From contig JAGIQG010000029.1 in assembly GCA_024679065.1 (NCBI GenBank), forward strand, positions 19,158,001 to 19,222,000: a DNA stretch of 64,000 nt, written 5' to 3'. This document shows positions 60,457 through 64,000 of the stretch, one piece after another. Within the stretch, counting starts at the first letter, position 1. Each line of letters begins with the position of its first letter. The notes under the pieces were generated by a model. That model had not been told where the DNA came from and did not search any database. It was given only the letters and a program-made list of their open reading frames with translations. Source of the DNA: Sphyrna mokarran (lineage: Eukaryota). The position numbers were made by a program, and so were the translations under genes.

Positions 60457-63400
60457 ATCAGGTATTGAATACAACAGGCAGAGTTAAGGCAGTGAGGAGA
60501 TTGCACATGGTGAATATAACAACATAGTATCACATTGATTTTTAGGATATGAAAAGCTTTAAAAAAAATTCAGAAGATTAGTGAATGGCTATGACATTGT
60601 AAAACTGTATTAAGTTAAGAAATAAGAGAAAATGGGATATAGTTTCAAATAAATTAAAAGACGTCATAGCAAAATTATCATTGGAAAGCTAATAAGCAAA
60701 TTGAGTGAGCCTAACATTATGAGGTAGGGTGGCCCTTCAAGGGGGTGTTACCTAAAGGCCACATGATCGGACTGGATCCTATAGATTATCAAGGTGGGAA
60801 GCAGAGTCAATCGGGAGTGAGGGCAATACCTGGAGTCAAGGATGTCCTACAGTCGGAGCCAGGGAGGAAAGTTGCTCAGTTATATAGTTACTGCAGTCTG
60901 ACCTTTTGTATAAGGAATTATTTATTGTTGGCATAAAGCCATTGTTAATTCAAGTCACATTGAGTTGCCCTCAATCTATTTCACGTCATAAAGAGTTTTC
61001 AGGACTTTTTAAATTCTTAAATCCATATCCTCACTAATTTCTAGGGTTAACACTGCGGCTAGATTAATTGTGCTTCATATTTCTGTATAAAATTCAACTA
61101 GATGGAGGTCTGCAGATAAAAGTACTTTTATTGAACTATACTGGTTTTTGCTGAAAGCTTTTAAAATGCCAGAAAATTAGTTTAAATTTTTGTTATACGG
61201 TATGAGTAAAAATAATTGCAATATGCTTCTAACCTAATTTACTGCAAGTCCACTCTATTAAACATCTTTGAATATTGTTTCATACGTTATTGATAAGTGT
61301 GCACAAGAATATTAAAAAATATAACTGTAATAAAAATGTGAAAGCACCTGTTGGTTTATAAAATTACAAAACAGGAAAGGAATGGTTTAATATCATTCAT
61401 ATAATCAAAGTATGAATATATGAAGAAGCAGATTAAGCACATAGGTTCTTGAAACATTCTGCTAATAAAATAATGAAAAAGACATAGGGCATTAAATGAC
61501 ATCATTTAATGACTTTTTTAAAATCATTTTGCTCACAATTGAAAGTCAGGACAATTTTCTCACTTAATTGGAAGTGCTGAGGAAATCCTAATTGGCACGC
61601 TGCCTATCAGTGCTCTTTGAAGGTTGGCAGATCCCTGTTCCAATTTCAGTGGTCAGCTAGGAAAATTATTTGAGCCCCTCACTAATGCGAGTCATGTAAT
61701 TGTTCCACACCATCCGCCTGAGGCCCCATGATGCATTCTCGGGAACTATGTTAAAACACATCAATTAACACTTTTGACAAAACAATCAGCAAAAAAATCA
61801 TGCATAACTCTTAAGTGTTTTGTTTTAATTAACTTATTTTTGGGATGTGTCAATGCTGGTTAGCCTGGACTTGTTGCCCATCTCTGGATGCATCAAGGTG
61901 GTAATGGTGAGAAAATAGGCCCTCCTTACATAGGAGCCATTTTTACAATGGATAGCTTTTGGGGTCAATGGGGATGGCTGGATGTTTGTCCATTTAGAAA
62001 CAGCAAAATATATTCATTCAATGACATTCCAAAATCTTCTTACTGTTGGATGAGGTGATGGACATTGAGACTTACATCTTTCATGTGGTAAAATGTGGCT
62101 TTATGGAATCCAAGAAGAGTAGAGATAATGCATAATTTACAAACACAGCTTGGAGAAACTTAATTATAAATACAATCTGTTATCAGAGATCTAGAATTAA
62201 TCTACAATCAAAATTGCCTCATTGGCAGATATAGTCTGATAGTGAGCTCAGTCAGTTCAAACTTCCGAGCAATTTCGCTTCTCAGGTCACTGAACCATTT
62301 CTCTTATAATTTTTCTCATGGTCTAATATCTGTACTTAAATGTAATCCTTTCTAACTGATGGCATTAGTGACACAAGGTTTCTGAATGAAAATGTTACTT
62401 TACGGCAGATTGCATGTTTCTAAGCTCCGCCTATGTTAAATTCAAGGAGTCGATCTCTATAATTGATGGAGGTTCCTTTATTGAGCTATAATGTTAAACA
62501 AGTCAAAATAAAATGCTTCCTCAGCAGCACATATCTATATTTAGCTTTGCATTATTTCCTGTATTGTCCAAGTAATGCAATTTCAAATCTCTGTGAAATT
62601 CTGTCCATTATGAGCATATTTTAAGCAGCAGGTTCACTTTTTAAGCTGCAGAGTCTATTTAACTCCAAGCGTTTAGTGCAACTTTCATAATGTGTAATGC
62701 AGCCTGGAAATTTTGCGGACTTGGTGAAGCAATAATACAGCTGGATGGGGCTTCCACACACTGCCTTGGTTTCCTTGTGACTACAGTGCCAATGCAGTCA
62801 GAATAGACGGTTGGGATTTCGTCAGGGGAAAGCCCTGTCTTGGGAGCAAATGGAGGTCCCAAGCCTGCACAGGGAGCCAGCAGGACCAAGATGGGAATCT
62901 TCCTGATGCTGGCCTTTTAACTGGCAGCTGCCAGGCCTGCTGTTTCTCCAGGCTGCCAGATCATTCAGAGAAGCCGCAGCTCTGTGGTCTTGAGAGCACC
63001 ATCAAGAAAGGTAGCCACTGTTGGGCTGCATGGTGAACAAGACAGTTCCACCAATTCAAGGTGCCCTCACAGGGAAGTTGGACTGGAGGATCTGATAGAG
63101 TTTTAGGGAGACATTTTGGGTAAGGTCAAGCATCAGATCAAGCCCAAGGTGGGGTGCAATGCCTTATCTTATCAACCTGGTCTTTTTTGTCTCTCTTGTG
63201 GGGACCATGAATTGGATTTTGAATTTGTTTTTTGGGACAAGCAAAAATGGATTTGGGTTTGCCCAGTCTAATTTGAGCATTGGCTTTGTAACTTTAAGGC
63301 TGGAGAGAGTTTTAGAGAGAACATTGAGCTTTCAGTAGATAACTGCATTTGTTTAAAACACTTATCTGCAACTGTGCTTAAATTGTCCTCCCTTTTTCCA

Positions 63401-63599
63401 GTGTCCTTCTAGGGGAGGAAAGTGGCAAGGGAATTCAGAATCATGTCAAAATCATGTTCAGGACGGAATATTTATTTCAAAGTAACATCAGAAATGGACA
63501 GTATCAGGGAAATAGAAGACCAGACATTGCAGTATTGTAGATTGGGGTGCACTTTTGGATGATGGAATTTTTATGCTGCATTTCATCTCTGACATATTT

Positions 63600-64000
63600 A
63601 AGAGCATAAAAAATAGGAGCAGGAGTACGCCATTTAGGCCTTCGAGCCTGCACCACCTTTCAATAAGATCATGGCTGATCTGAAGTGGATCAGTTCCACT
63701 TTCCCGCTTTCTCCCCATAATCCTTAATTCTCTTGTCTATCAGAAATCTATCTACTCATGACTTAAATATATTCAACAAGGTAGCCTCAACCACTTCAAT
63801 GAGTAGAGAATTCGAGAGATTCAGCACCTTTTGAGTGAAGAAATTCCTCCTCAACTCCGTTCTAAACTGCCCCTCCCCCTTGTTTTTAGACTGTGTCCTC
63901 TAGTTCTGTTTTCCCTTTCTAAGCGGGAAGAATCTCTCTACCTCTACCATATCTAGCCCCTTCATTATCTTATATTCCTCTATAAGATCCCCCCTCACCC
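63600..64000 (-). mobile_element. CR1 3' end, running off the window
   Basis: ataggagcaggagtacgccatttaggccttcgagcctgc 3' stem; minus-strand RGDLIEEYKIMKGLD, RTRGHSL and RRNFFTQKV..S.NSL. Confidence 0.9.

Overview
AT-rich, CpG-depleted vertebrate DNA, almost certainly from a cartilaginous fish (shark), judged from its HE1/V-SINE-like SINEs and HER1-like CR1 LINEs. I found no convincing host protein-coding exon, so the window reads as intronic or intergenic, built from nested mobile elements. Retroelements: three near-identical young CR1 copies (one with an almost complete APE-RT ORF2), older CR1/L2/Rex1 fragments, about 13 V-SINE copies with two alternative 3' tails, a second SINE sharing its head and tail with an older LINE, and Gypsy gag/LTR remnants. 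Also present: several decayed two-gene PIF/Harbinger transposons and a tRNA-Thr(AGT) pseudogene. The most striking structure is four short Penelope-like (PLE) fold-back insertions (26.6, 34.3, 37.5, 39.4 kb). Three carry minimal hammerhead-ribozyme cores on both strands, with compensatory changes in stem II, and one is a 92-bp-arm hairpin with a single mismatch. Family names come from recalled motifs, not database searches, and boundaries of old elements are approximate.
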